64,000 nucleotides of DNA from Octopus sinensis (taxonomy: Eukaryota), in the NCBI RefSeq assembly GCF_006345805.1, contig NC_043007.1:72726001-72790000 (forward strand), in the 5' to 3' direction. The notes under the pieces were generated by a model that saw only the letters and a list, made by a program, of their open reading frames with translations, was not told the origin of the DNA and did not search any database. This document shows, piece by piece, positions 1 through 12,134 of this stretch (the stretch's first letter is position 1; every line of letters begins with the position of its first letter). The translations under genes and the position numbers were made by a program.

Positions 1-645
1 TCTCCTTCCCCACCCACCCCCAACCGCACCCCCTTCCCCCTCCTTTTCCACCCCTCGACCCTACCCCTTCGTCGCAAGATACTACGTGCCTTCCGTCGCC
101 TCCAGCTTGATCCCACAACCCGCCCCATTTTCCCTAACCCACCCCTGTCCTCCTTCAAACGAGCCCGTAATCTACGTGACCTCCTGGTCCACAGCACCCT
201 CTCTCCTTCCCCCTCAGCCCCACACGGATCATTCCCTTGCTCTAGATCCCGCTGCAACACTTGCCCCTTCATCACCAACACCACTGCTGTCACTGGCTCC
301 AACCGGCGAACTGTACGTATTAGGCACTCCTTTACGTGCACCTCGTCTGGCCTCATTTACTGCATTAAATGCAACCTATGCGGGATGCTGTATGTAGGAC
401 AGACGGGACGCCGGTTGTCCGACCGTTTCACAGAACATTTGAGGGATGTTCGCCTACACTCTTTTTCTCCCGTCGCATGCCACTTCCGCTCGGCCAGCCA
501 TTCCCTAGATGACATCTCGGTGTTTGGTCTCGCCCCCCACAATGGTCGTCCACTTTCTAGGCTCCACTTGGAGCAACGCTACATCTCCACCCTACAAACT
601 ACTACCCCACACGGACTTAACAGGTTTTTTTTTTTTTCCGGATAA
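1..645 (+). mobile_element. Penelope-like retroelement (Neptune-type), C-terminal ORF part: RT thumb/linker + Cys-rich linker + GIY-YIG endonuclease; runs off the window start
   Basis: Frame +1 is open from base 1 to the TAA at 643-645. It reads ...SSFKRARNLRDLLVHS...GSFPCSRSRCNTCPFI...FTCTSSGLIYCIKCNLCGMLYVGQTGRRLSDRFTEH...LEQRYISTLQTTTPHGLN, giving LIY-x-CxxC-YVG, the conserved R and E, and a terminal PxGLN. Confidence 0.9.
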
Positions 646-649
646 ACAC

Positions 650-3290
650 CCCCCACACACACCTACCTACATCCCACACGCCTGTTCACACACACACATA
701 CGGATACACATCTACGTACACACATTCACACATTTAATCACACATACTTATAGACATACATGCACACACTAACATACAAACCAACATGCACATAAATACA
801 CACATACATACATACACACACACATACATATTTACACACACACACACACACACACAGACATACATACACACACACATACACACATACATACGCACATACA
901 TACACACACCACACACACACACATCGCACATACATACTTCACACACCTATACTTACATACACACACACACATGCACACATACATGTACGCACACACACAT
1001 ACATACACACATACCCACACATGCACACCTTTACACGAATGCACACACACATACACCTATTTGCACCCAGGCAAACCCCCCCTCTTTTCTGCTTCTGGTT
1101 TTGGTTGTTGGTTCCTCGGTTCCTGTGCAGCGGGTCGTTCGGGGGCCCCCGCGCGCGCACGCTTTAGCGCGTGCAGGGCGTTGGTCGGCCCCATGGGCTT
1201 GCGTTGTATTGTTTGTGTGTTGCGTTTGTGAGCATGCTTCGTGTGTGTGGGCGTGCTTCGGGTGTGTGCGTGCGTATGTATACATACATAACCACACACA
1301 CGCATGCATCCCTACCCACATACATACACGCACACCTACTCACACACACACTTACACACACACATACACACACACACACACATACCCGCACACACACACA
1401 CATACATACATACATACATACACATACCTACTTCAGACATACACATACACACCTACACTCACACTCACACGCATACACACACACACACATACACACGCAC
1501 ACATACACACACACACCTACATACATACATTACACTTGTACACACACACACATTCATACACACACACACCTACACAGCCATACCGTCACTCATACATACA
1601 CACATACCTACACACACACACAAACACTCACAGACACACACCCATACATACATACACCTATACACACACGCCTACACACATACATACAACACATACATAA
1701 ACACACACACATACATACGCACACACACATATACTTACACACATGCACACACACATACATACATACATACATACACCCACACACATACACATACTTACAT
1801 ACTCCTATACGCACATACATACACACAGACATACACACATACACACTCACACATACATACACACACACATACTTACACACACACTCGCCTGCACGCACAC
1901 ACACACGCATGACTAACACCCATACACTCACACTCACATACACACACACCAACATATACACGCACACACACACCTACACTCCCACACACATACATATGCA
2001 CCTACATACACACACACACACGCATACACACGCATACATACATATATTACACACGTACACACACACCTACATACACATGCATACACACACAAACACACAC
2101 GGACACACCCATACATACATACATACATACACCTATACACACACGCCCGCACACCTACATACACACATGCATACACACACACACGGACACACCCATACAT
2201 ACTCACATACATACACCTATACACACATGCCTACACACCTACATACACACACATGCATACACACACACATGTACGCACATACACACACATATACGCACAT
2301 ACATATATACCTACACACGTGCACACACACATACACACACACATACGCACATGCATACGCATACATGCATACACACACACACACGCACGTACACATACAT
2401 ACACACACACATACATACATACACCTATACACACACATGCATCCTACACACACAGACATACACACTCACACATACATACACACACACACACTCACTCACA
2501 CACCTGCATGTACGCGCATACACATGCACCTACACACATTTCCACACACACACGTACATACATACACACTCATACACACACACACACACACACACGGACA
2601 TAATCTATATACACACATATACACACACATACTTACTTACATACATTCATCGGACACACTGACACCCAGACTTACACACAGACACACTCACACATCCACA
2701 CACATACATACTTACACACACACTCGCAGGCGCGCGCACATACACGCTTGTGCACGTTCGCGCACGCATACGCGCTTGCATGCACCACGCTCTTGGTTTG
2801 ACTGACCAGATCCCCTGTACGTATCTGGGGCTGGCGCGTGTCTTTGGGTTCTCCCACGCCTGTCGCCGCGGGACCACTCTTCCATCTTCCCCTCCCCCCC
2901 CCCCTCCGCTGCAGTTTTTTTCCTTAACCCCCCCTCTTTGTACACACACGCACACACATACACACACCCACTCACACACACATTTGCATATATATATACA
3001 TTACACTTACACACACTTCAAATTTACTTGCCATACACACAACTACGCACACTGGATACACTACCACTCTACACACACCTTGGCACGTTACATACGCCCC
3101 CACCCTTTCCCTCCTTCCCTTCTTCCCTCCTTCCTCCCATTTTTTACCACTGACCACTCACTCGAGACTTGCTTTGTCATCTGTTCGCCCTGCACGCACT
3201 AACATATACATATTTGTTTTTTTATCTCGCCTCACACACACATACACACACGCACACGCACACACATACATACACACGCACACACACATA
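650..3290. repeat. ~2.6-kb compound (CA)n/(TACA)n microsatellite tract with two GC-rich islands (~1060-1270, ~2720-2940)
   Basis: Directly visible. It explains all of the His/Thr and Val/Cys ORFs in this interval. Confidence 0.95.
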
Positions 3291-3499
3291 CCTCCCTGTT
3301 TCTGACCTGCCTTTCTCACTTGCTAGGGTACCCCCACACACTCCTTTAACTCTACTACTGCCTGCTACTAGCCACTGTCCACCATACACACACACGCACA
3401 CACACATACACACACCCTCGTTTTCTCGCACACCTTTTTTACCATTCCCTCTTTGATTCAGCTCTCCTGTTTTTAAAAAACATTTTCCTCCTTTTTTAC

Positions 3500-3670
3500 A
3501 ACTTCCGTCTTTTCAGTATGTGACCTCGTGAAGACTACCTGCAATTTTTTTTCCTCTGTCCTCCCGTCTCGGGATCTTTCTTTCTCCTATGTTTCCGACG
3601 AAGAGCTCCGCTCGAAACGTCATACCCTCCTTCTTCCATTTTCCTGAGCGCCTAATAATAATAATAATAC
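3500..3670 (+). mobile_element. Penelope-type terminal repeat (pseudo-LTR) with a degenerate hammerhead-like motif
   Basis: CCGACGA-A-GAGC-TCC-GCTC-GAAACGTC at 3595-3621, followed by TTTCCTGAGCGCC. The same layout occurs on the minus strand at 18.56-18.64 kb and 28.24-28.31 kb. Confidence 0.6.
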
Positions 3671-3761
3671 TGTAATTGTTCCATGTGTTGTTGTTTTTTC
3701 TGTTTTCCTGTTTGGATTAACCTTATATATATATATATATATATTTGGTTACATTCTCTGA

Positions 3762-3895
3762 GTGATTGGTGTTAGGAAGGGCATCGAGCCATAGAAACCA
3801 TGCCAAATCAGACTGGAGTCTGATGTAGCTCCTCAGCTTACCAGCCCTGGTCAAACCTATGCCGGCATGGAAACATATGTTAAAAATGATGATAA

Positions 3896-3899
<4 letters not shown>
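3762..3899 (+). mobile_element. Short RTE-3'-tail element (truncated RTE or RTE-dependent SINE)
   Basis: GAGTGATTGGTGTTAGGAAGGGCATC...GCATGGAAAC...(GAT)n tail, matching the 3' end of the RTE LINE at 29740-29960. Confidence 0.6.
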
Positions 3900-3947
<48 letters not shown>

Positions 3948-3972
3948 ATTTATATATATATATAAAATTTAA

Positions 3973-4377
3973 AGGACTGACCACTAAAAGTGGACGGTCA
4001 ACATGCTAAATATAGACGTCAAAATTGCTATTTTCCACGAAGAATGTGTTCTCAAATAAAAACTCAGCACAAACCAAAGTGTAAAAAATAAGCAAGACAA
4101 ATGAAAATATACGAAATAATAACGATTACCTATGTACCGATCAGGTTCAATTGTTAATATCCACGCATATGGATACGTGGATATCGTGGATATTAACAAT
4201 CGAAACTGATCGGTACATAAGTAATCGTTATTATTTTGTATGTTTTCATTTGTCTTGCTTATTTTTTACACTTTGGTTTGTGCTGAGTTTTTATTTGAGA
4301 ACACATTCTTCGTGGAAAATAGCAATTTTGACGTCTATATTTAGCATGTCGACCATCCACTTTTAGTGGTCAGTCCT
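3973..4377. mobile_element. 405-bp near-perfect palindromic MITE flanked by TTAA (Kolobok/T2-like termini)
   Basis: TTAA|AGGACTGACCAC...GTGGTCAGTCCT|TTAA with ~190-bp arms. The mirror-image ORFs 3984-4199(-) and 4151-4366(+) arise from this symmetry. Confidence 0.8.
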
Positions 4378-4488
4378 TTAAATTTTATATGTAAAAATAT
4401 TTTAATCTTTGGATTTTTTTAATATGCTAGGCCACTGGTTTTAATTGATTAATATCAATTTCTACCCTTATTCAATTTTATATATATA

Positions 4489-4885
4489 CTAGCAGTATTG
4501 CCCGGCGTTGTTCGGTTTGTAAGGGAAATAACTATATAAGCATTTTTGAGAGTTATAGCCAAAAAATAGCAAAAAAATGCATTAAAAATGGAAAAAAAAA
4601 TGAGGGTAAATTTTTTTTTAAATCGTTGACTATTCGTAGACATTTTTAGAGAGTTACTTCCCTTATATAATAGCGAAAAAATGCATAAAAATGGAAAAAA
4701 ACGATGGTAAATTATTTTTAAAATCGTAGACTCATCGTAGACGCGAGCTATTACCCAGAAGGGCTCGATATGAATTAAGAATATAAGATACCCGGTTTTG
4801 GTTAAACTGCACCGCAAAATATGGGAGTAGTTAGGAATCTAAATCGTACGAGACAGACACACAACTTGACTTTTATATATAAAGA
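4489..4885 (-). mobile_element. Non-autonomous Helitron
   Basis: The minus strand starts TCTTTATATATAAAAG and ends with a subterminal hairpin-like CCGAACAACGCCGG and CTAG|T. It contains internal A-rich subrepeats. Confidence 0.8.
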
Positions 4886-4888
4886 AGA

Positions 4889-5734
4889 CTAGCAGAATTG
4901 CCCGGCATTGCTCGGGGCTGAATTGCTTGAAAGTACTGTTAATGATTGCACTGAATTATGATGATTATTCAGGCAAATATTGATATAAGTTTACGGTGGG
5001 AGATAAGGACTTAACGATCAAATGTGTGCCATTGCATTGTTTTGGGGGAACCAAATTTCTAATGAGCATTATAGGGGCACCAACTTTAAGTTTGAGAATG
5101 TGTGGTGGTAGTCCGGGGTGCTCAAAGGAATTGAGTACCTCTATTGGATAGTTGATGACGTCCTGTGGGTCAGGAGTTGTATCGATAGACTGATAAACAT
5201 AGACTTCCCCAGGAATGAGTTTTAGCATTTCATCATTAATATGGTGAACAGTTTTATTCCTCGGGGCCAGTATAGCCTTTTGGCCAATCCAATCCATATT
5301 CTGATAATTAGCTTGTAGATATGGGAACACTGCATCTCTGAGATCAGAAGGCGTCTTAACAATGGTACAAATGGAATCGATGGCAATATTACCATTTTCA
5401 TCCCCTGGTATTTTGCCTTCGCCAAGTGCAAGGAGGGTGTGAGGAAATGCTGCTGATGTGATATTACGTCGCATATGAGCACGCATATTGGTGTGAAGTT
5501 TGAGAGTTACTTCCCTTTATTTAAAAAATATGCATTAAAATGGGAAAAAATGATGGTAAATTATTTGTAAAATCATAGACTCATCGTAGACGTGCGCTAA
5601 TACCCAGAAGGGCTCGATATAAATCACGACTATAAGATACTCGGTTTTAGTTAAACTGCATCGCAAAATGTGGGAGTAGTTAGGAATCTAAATCGGAGTA
5701 GACAGACACACAACCTTTCTTTTATATATAAAGA
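4889..5734 (-). mobile_element. Helitron deletion derivative carrying a RepHel PIF1-helicase fragment (4965-5486)
   Basis: A|TC start at 5734 and CTAG|T end at 4889. Internal ORF: AILAPRNKTVHHINDEML...SID...YPIEVLNSFEHPGLPPHILKLKVGAPIMLIRNL...CNGTHLIV (PIF1-family helicase motifs). Confidence 0.88.
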
Positions 5735-5735
5735 T

Positions 5736-6250
5736 TTTCGTCCTAAAAAACTTTGTATGGAGTGAATGGTTACCTCTATGGAAATATATACACACACGTT
5801 ATACATACATGTGTGCATAGATGAATATATAAATACATTTAAATATCTATATACACTTTTGGGCGATCTTTCTGCTTCTTAGAGATAACTTTAGATGTTA
5901 TTTTTGTTCTAAAAAACTTGTGCGGAGTGAATGGTTACCTCTATGGAATATATACACACACGTTATACATACATGTGTGCATAGATGAATATATAAATAC
6001 ATTTAAATATCTATATACACTTTTGGGCGATCTTTCTGCTTCTTAGAGATAACTTTAGATGTTATTTTTGTTCTAAAAAACTTGTGCGGAGTGAATGGTT
6101 ACCTCTATGGAAATATATACACACACATTATACATACATGTGTGTATAGATGAATATATAAATACATTTAAATATCTATACACACTTCTGGGCGATCTTT
6201 CTGCTACTTGGATATACTTTAGATCTTATATTCGTCCTAAATAACTTTGT
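5736..6250. repeat. Tandem repeat, ~164-165-bp unit, ~3 copies
   Basis: GGAGTGAATGGTTACCTCTATGG recurs at 5759, 5924 and 6088. Confidence 0.9.
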
Positions 6251-6497
6251 ATGAATTGAAAAAGAAAATGAATTGAAATTTTTACGAAAGGAATTTGTTT
6301 ACATACATGTGTCAAATGGCAAATGTTTGTGCAGTTGTCCGAAATGGAACCAGGGTAAATGTGTGGAACTGATGTATTATAATGAATAGTCCTTCTTGTG
6401 AATATTAATTTGATTAATATGAACTGAAAACCAGTGGTGTAGCATAGGTGATCTTCTTCTAGCAAAAAGGATGACCAGTCTGAATGGGTCATCCCTG

Positions 6498-6536
6498 TCA
6501 CACACACACACACACAGTCACACACACACACACATG

Positions 6537-6569
<33 letters not shown>

Positions 6570-6600
6570 ACACGCACACACACACACACACACACACACG
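6498..6600. repeat. (CA)n microsatellite
   Basis: Directly visible. Confidence 0.95.
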
Positions 6601-7299
6601 TTAGCTTACAATTTTATTTATATATTTGCGTGTCTATGTGTGTAAAGAGGAAGTGGGAGTAATAGGCAGAGTAAAGGCTTTGAAGTGAAAGAGTGAAATG
6701 TTAAAATATTGAGTTTTCTCGAATTTTTTCTTAATTGAGGGTCAAATTGAAAGAAATTTTGTATGCCATGACCGAATGGAAGTACTTTGAAAAATCATAG
6801 GTAAACTGTAATTGAAGAAATTGTGTGAGGAGTAAATCGTTATGTATTTATTTGTTTCTGTTTGCTGTGTTGTTTTTTTTGAGTAGTGGTTTAAGGTACA
6901 CTTGCAAAGAGAAAGTAGGAGAAATTATGGTGATAGCATGAGTGAAGCAGTTCATCCCTTTTATATAAATACTTTCACTTTAATCGTTGCACACTTGCAA
7001 AGAGAAAGGAGGAGAAAGTGTAGTGGTAATGGTATTAGTGAATCACTTGAACTGAAAGAGAAAAATTGTTAAATAGTTAGTTTTCTCTAATTTTTGCTTA
7101 ATTGGGGGTGAAATAGGAAAAACTGTACCTGCCACGACCCGATGTATTCTACTCGTAAAAATGATAGGTAAATTCTAATTGAAGAAATTCTATATTGTAG
7201 ATTTGTATAATAAACAAACGGTTTGGGAGGCAGATAAAATCTGCCTTTTATAATAAGAAATATATTGGTGTGTGTGTGTGTACAAGTGTATAAATAATT

Positions 7300-7510
7300 C
7301 ATGTGTGTGTCTTTGTGTTTGTTCCCCTCCACCACCTGACAACTGGTGTTGGTTTGTCTGCATCCCTGCAATTTAGCAGTTTGGTAAAAGAGACCAATAG
7401 AATGAGTACTAGACTTCAAAAATAACTACTGGGATTAATTTGTTTGACTAAAACCCTTCAAGGCACTGCCCCAGCATGGCCACAGCCCAATAACTGAAAC
7501 ACATAAAAAG
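7300..7510 (+). mobile_element. Family-A tRNA/CORE-type SINE, decayed 3' half
   Basis: ...AAAAGAGACCAATAGAATGAGTACT...CCAGCATGGCCACAG...ACTGAAAC matches the 3' half of the full copy at 12694-13098. Confidence 0.65.
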
Positions 7511-7898
7511 ATCAATTTAAGAAGTAGGTGACTAAGTTAGTAAAGTGAAGTATCTTTGAACATGGCTTAGAGTTATTATTATTAGGAATGATCTATTTCT
7601 CTAGAAATTCAATAACCTTTTGTTTCAACAACTGATATCAGATTAAGATTAGCCAGCCTCATTTTTTAAGGTCACATTTAAAAGTTCTTGCATGTCAAGT
7701 GACCACATAGCAGCTTCCCTTCCTCTGTGGATGATTATGTCTATTTTGAAATCCCACTTTTGTGAGCTGAAGTTTAATTGTGGCTGGTTTTGGAATTTTA
7801 TTTTTTTGGGGCCATGTAAATTGTGTGATTAATTCTATTGATCTTGTATTTAGTTAAAGAAATTCAATCCTTTAATTCTAATATAGTATTCTTTTAGT

Positions 7899-8091
7899 CT
7901 TTTACTTGTTCCAGTCATTTGACTGCAGCCATACTGGAGCACTGCCTTTAGTCGAACAAATTGACTCCAGGAATTATTCTTTGTAAGTTTAGTACTTATT
8001 CTATTGGTCTCTTTTGCTGAACTGCTAAGTTACGGGGACGTAAACACACCAACATCAGTTATCAAATGATGGTGGGGTGACAAGCATACAC

Positions 8092-8123
<32 letters not shown>

Positions 8124-8172
8124 GACGGGCTTCTTTCAGTTTCTGTCAACCAAATCCACTCAAGGCTGTGGT
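7899..8172 (-). mobile_element. Family-A SINE, partial; ends ~40 bp upstream of the SEFIR exon acceptor
   Basis: Reverse complement of the family-A 3' half plus its internal (TA)n. Confidence 0.8.
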
Positions 8173-8211
8173 TGATATTTTATTATTGATTGTGTAAATT
8201 TATATTTTCAG

Positions 8212-8927
8212 GAACGCTCCGAGAGAAAAGAGGGCTGATATTTTATACAGAGGACCATTCTCACCTTTGTGAAGCCATCGATCAGTTTATATCTTTCATG
8301 AATAAGAGTCAATGTAAACTAGAAGTTGCTGCTCGGCTAGTGAAAGGTGGTGATCCATTAAGACTGAGTTTGGAAATTCAAAAGTCTGATTTTATAATTC
8401 TTGTTTACTCTGAAGCTCTTCACAAAAGAATTCAGGCGTGGAGAAGCAACCAAGATTACATAAATTTTTTTAAAGAGGATAATTCAGCACTTTTGACACC
8501 TTCCCTTCTCACGGAACTTAAAGCAAGCAAAAAACTTATCATTTGTAAGTTTCCTTGGGTACAAAACCCCAGTAACAGCAGTGAATTATCTTCAATCAAG
8601 TGTTACACTCTTATAAAAGAGTTGAACTTGCTTATTCAAGAAATCCATGGAACAGGAATGGACCAAGAGCTTGCTGTTCTTGTCAAAAGTAACAAACTCA
8701 ATCATAAATTTAACACTTTGACAAACACGATTAAGGTTGCTGGCAACTTTGAAAAAGATAATTCCAATTGGTTTGAAGACAAATATATTTGCCCCAAGAA
8801 AATGGAGTCTTTAAATGAAATGCCTGATTACAGTGAAAGATTAGATGAAGATGAACATAGTATTTACTCCGGCCCTTTAAGTGAAATATTTGAACAGATA
8901 AATGTAAACAATGACTCAGTAGCTTAA
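8212..8927 (+). CDS. Terminal coding exon of a SEFIR-domain protein (IL-17 receptor-like cytoplasmic domain); upstream exons not found in the window
   Basis: Acceptor tatattttcAG|GA at 8210-8211 (phase 1), then 238 open codons to TAA at 8925-8927. GLIFYTEDHSHLCEAIDQFISFM...LEIQKSDFIILVYSEALHKRI resembles SEFIR box 1 (vli.Ys.D...h...v..fa.fL) and box 2 (ad.viiv.S). Judged by eye, not HMM-verified. Confidence 0.72.
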
Positions 8928-9206
8928 AAGATTCACAGGCTGGATTCATTTGTTTTAAACAAAGATTCTGTTTCATTTTTACATTTTTAAATCTCATCCT
9001 GGATCCTTCCTGTTTTTCTTTTACACTCTGCCTCAATGTAAACATCTCTTACCTGATGTTCTGCATTCTTCCTTCTCTCATAGAAACAGAAACAGCAAAA
9101 TCCACATTTAACATTAAAAGAACAAAACAACTTATATACTTTTGCCCATTTCATTGACATGTTAGAGAGAGAAATGATTATATTTTTATGAGCAAAGTTT
9201 CCAAAC

Positions 9207-9818
9207 TTCAGCTTTATTATAGCTAAGTCTTCAGTTTTTGATATTGATAAATATATATAAAGCCATTTCATTCTAGCATGGATGATTAGCCAAAACCAAT
9301 AATAAACTGTTATATTATTTTATTAACTCAGTGGGTATTTGAACTGAGAATGTAAGAAGAAGAAATATTTGCAAAGCAGTTATTTTTGATGCTCTAATAA
9401 TTCTGCCAGATACTGCATAATTAAATATAGTTAACAAGTGTTTCATTAGACTGAGCTGAGGAATTCGAAGTTATAAGAGCCTTGAATAGGAAGTATCTCC
9501 AACATTTTCTTGCAATAATGCAGTTTTCTGTTGGCTCCTCCAGGGTTAGAGGAAACTTTGAATTCATCAGCTCAGTGTAATGAAACACTTGTTAACTATA
9601 TTTAATTATGCAGTATCTGGCAGAATTATTAGAGCATAAAAAATAACTGCTTTGCAAATATTTCTTCTTTTTACATTCTCAGTTCAAATCCTCCCGAGTT
9701 GATAAAATAATATAGCAGTTTATTATTGGTTTTGGCTAATCACCCATGCTAGAATGAAATGGCTTTATATATATTTATCAATATCAAAAACTGAAGACTT
9801 AGCTATAATAAAGCTGAA
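9207..9818. repeat. Long inverted repeat: arms 9207-9472 and 9554-9818 (~265 bp, few mismatches), 81-bp spacer
   Basis: TTCAGCTTTATTATAGCTAAGTC... on the left is the reverse complement of ...GACTTAGCTATAATAAAGCTGAA on the right. Both arms include a family-B SINE head fragment. Confidence 0.9.
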
Positions 9819-9960
9819 CCAGATGGCTGCACCAGGCTCCAATCTCGATCTGGTAGAGTTTCTACAGCTAGATGCCCTTCCTAACGCCAACCACTCCGAG
9901 AGTGTAGTGGGTGCTTTTACGTGCCACCGGCACGGGGCCAGTCAGGCGGCACTGGCAATG
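9819..9960 (-). mobile_element. RTE-3'-tail element fragment abutting the inverted repeat
   Basis: GATGCCCTTCCTAACGCCAACCACTCCGAGAGTGTAGTGGGTGCTTTTACGTGCCACC. Confidence 0.8.
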
Positions 9961-10306
9961 TTCGTTTATCACACAGTTTCAGAACTTCTTGTAAGTTCTG
10001 TAATGGTTAAGACATAAAATCCTTGTAAAAGAACTTTGTGAATTAGTTTGAATTCAACACATTGAAATATTGCAGGAAAATTAAAACTGTCTATTTTTCA
10101 TCTCACTAAAATGTAAAGGTCTATTAATGTTTAGAGCATATTCCAGAAGTTTGTGGTGTTTTTTTTTTTTTTAATCCATTAAACATTCCATATTTTGATA
10201 GAATTTTAAAGTGAAAGTAAGTCTCATTACTGCTATTGTTTCCATATTTCAAAGTGCTTTCTTGATCATTTGTCATTGCAATTTTACAACATATCAAGGT
10301 GGTGAG

Positions 10307-10712
10307 CAGGCAGAATCATTAGCACATCATTTGTCTTACATTCTGAGTTCAAATTTCCCTCCAGGTTGACTTTGCCTTGCATCCTTTTGAGGGGGTCAAT
10401 AAAATAAGTACCAGTTGAACACTGGGGCCAATCTAATTGACTTACTCTCTCCCTCTAAATTGCTGGCCTTTTGCCAAAATTAGAAATTATTATTAAGGTA
10501 GTGAATTGGCAGAATTGTTAGCACACTTGGCAAAATACTTAGTGGCATTTCATTCATCTTTATGTTCTGAGTTCAAATTCCACCGAGATCATCTTTGCTT
10601 TTCATCCTTTTGGGGTTGATGAAATAAGTATCAGTTATGCATTGGGTTGATGTAATCAACTAGCCCCATCCCCTAAAATTTCAGGCTTTGTGCCTACAGT
10701 AGAAATTATTAT
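10307..10712 (+). mobile_element. Two adjacent decayed family-B tRNA-SINEs (Deu/Nin-like central domain)
   Basis: Heads GGCAGAATCATTAGC and TGGCAGAATTGTTAGC, B-box GAGTTCAAAT, and core TTTCATCCTTT..GGGGT.GAT.AAATAAGTA.CAG, each present twice. Confidence 0.7.
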
Positions 10713-10960
10713 TAAACAGTTTGAGGTGATGAAACAACAATAAAAGAATTATATGCTACAATCAACAGGCACATGGTGAAGCTGCTAAATTCTTTAATTT
10801 TGACTCTTTACTAGAGATCATGGACATAAGCATATCTGAGTCTGTAAGAAGATGAATTCCTATATTGGTTGGTGCTATAAATATTATGTGATTTTTGTAT
10901 AAATATTTATGTGATTTTTGTATATATTAAGATATTGACTCATATAAAATAAATATATAT

Positions 10961-11318
10961 ATCATCATCATCGTTTAACGTCCACTTTCCATGCTAGCAT
11001 GGGTTGGACGTATGACTGCGGGCTGGTGAACCAGATGGCTGCACCAGGCTTCAATCTTGACTGGTAGAGTTTCTATAGCTGGATGCCCTTCCTAATGCCA
11101 ACCACTCCGAGAGTGTAGTGGGTGCTTTTACGTGCCACCGGCACGGGGCCAGTCAGGCGGCACTGGCAACGACCTCGCTCGAATCTTTTACACATGCCAC
11201 CGGCACAGGTGCCAGGAAGGTGATGCTGGTAACGATCATGCTCGAATGGTGTCTTTTACGTGCCACCGGCACGGAGGCCAGATAGCCGCTCTGGCAACGA
11301 TCACACTCAGATGGTGCT

Positions 11319-11320
<2 letters not shown>
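10961..11320 (-). mobile_element. RTE-3'-tail element with internal GTGCCACCGGCAC subrepeats
   Basis: (ATC)n tail, TTTCCATGCTAGCATGGG, and repeated TTTTACGTGCCACCGGCAC. Confidence 0.85.
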
Positions 11321-11359
<39 letters not shown>

Positions 11360-11937
11360 TTATAAAATTTGTTATCATCATACAGGTTTTAAAATTATTA
11401 AATGAAATGTTTCTTTTTTAATATTCCATGTTGAAAACAAAATGGATATGTGGTATTAATTACGAAAACTAGTTGGGTTCACATTTTTCTTTATATAAAA
11501 ACAATACTCTCCATTGATATGTAGAGATGTTACATTTGGTTATGAATCAGTTTAAACTTGTTTGGAAAAAATTATGCATAACAAAGCTACATTTATGTTG
11601 ACTGTCATCCTATGGAGATGGATTTCATTGTTATTCATTGAACATTTATTTTTATGAATTGGTTAGATTTTATATTTTCAGATTCATGGATAATTAAAAT
11701 TTTTTCATTACACATTTGTTAATTACTCACTTTTCATCATATATATATTTTACTTGCAAACCATTCCAAAAAAACACTTAAGCCTGTAATATTTAAGAGG
11801 TTTATATTTTTATACTTTAACCATTGTTATCTGTTTTCAAATTAGACTGGAACTGAAATTGCCATTTGAGAAATATGACTTACATTTCAGTTTCTTTCTA
11901 ACTCTTCTTTTTTTTCTAGTCTAGAATCTCAATTTAA

Positions 11938-12134
11938 TTCTTTAGCTTTCAGATTACTCTGTCAAATTTAATAGTTATTTATTCACATTGCTTTGAATTA
12001 ATCTTTTATTATCTCATAGCTTTGAGATTTTGATGATGTGATTATTTATTTTTAGAATGACACTATAGGCTGATCAGTAGGTTTGAACACAAAACAGGTC
12101 AAACCAGATATGGCTGGTTTAAATGCTTAAAGGG
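11938..12134. mobile_element. Decayed TTAA-flanked piggyBac-like MITE (related inverted copy at ~13240-13430)
   Basis: TTAA(TT)CTTTAGC...GCTTAAAGGG|TTAA. The internal sequence is the reverse complement of 13320-13430, which also ends AAAGGGTTAA. Confidence 0.4.

Noticed and set aside
734-3456. Long His/Thr- and Val/Cys-rich ORFs (up to 544 aa)
   Set aside because: They are translations of CA/TG microsatellite, with no coding signature.
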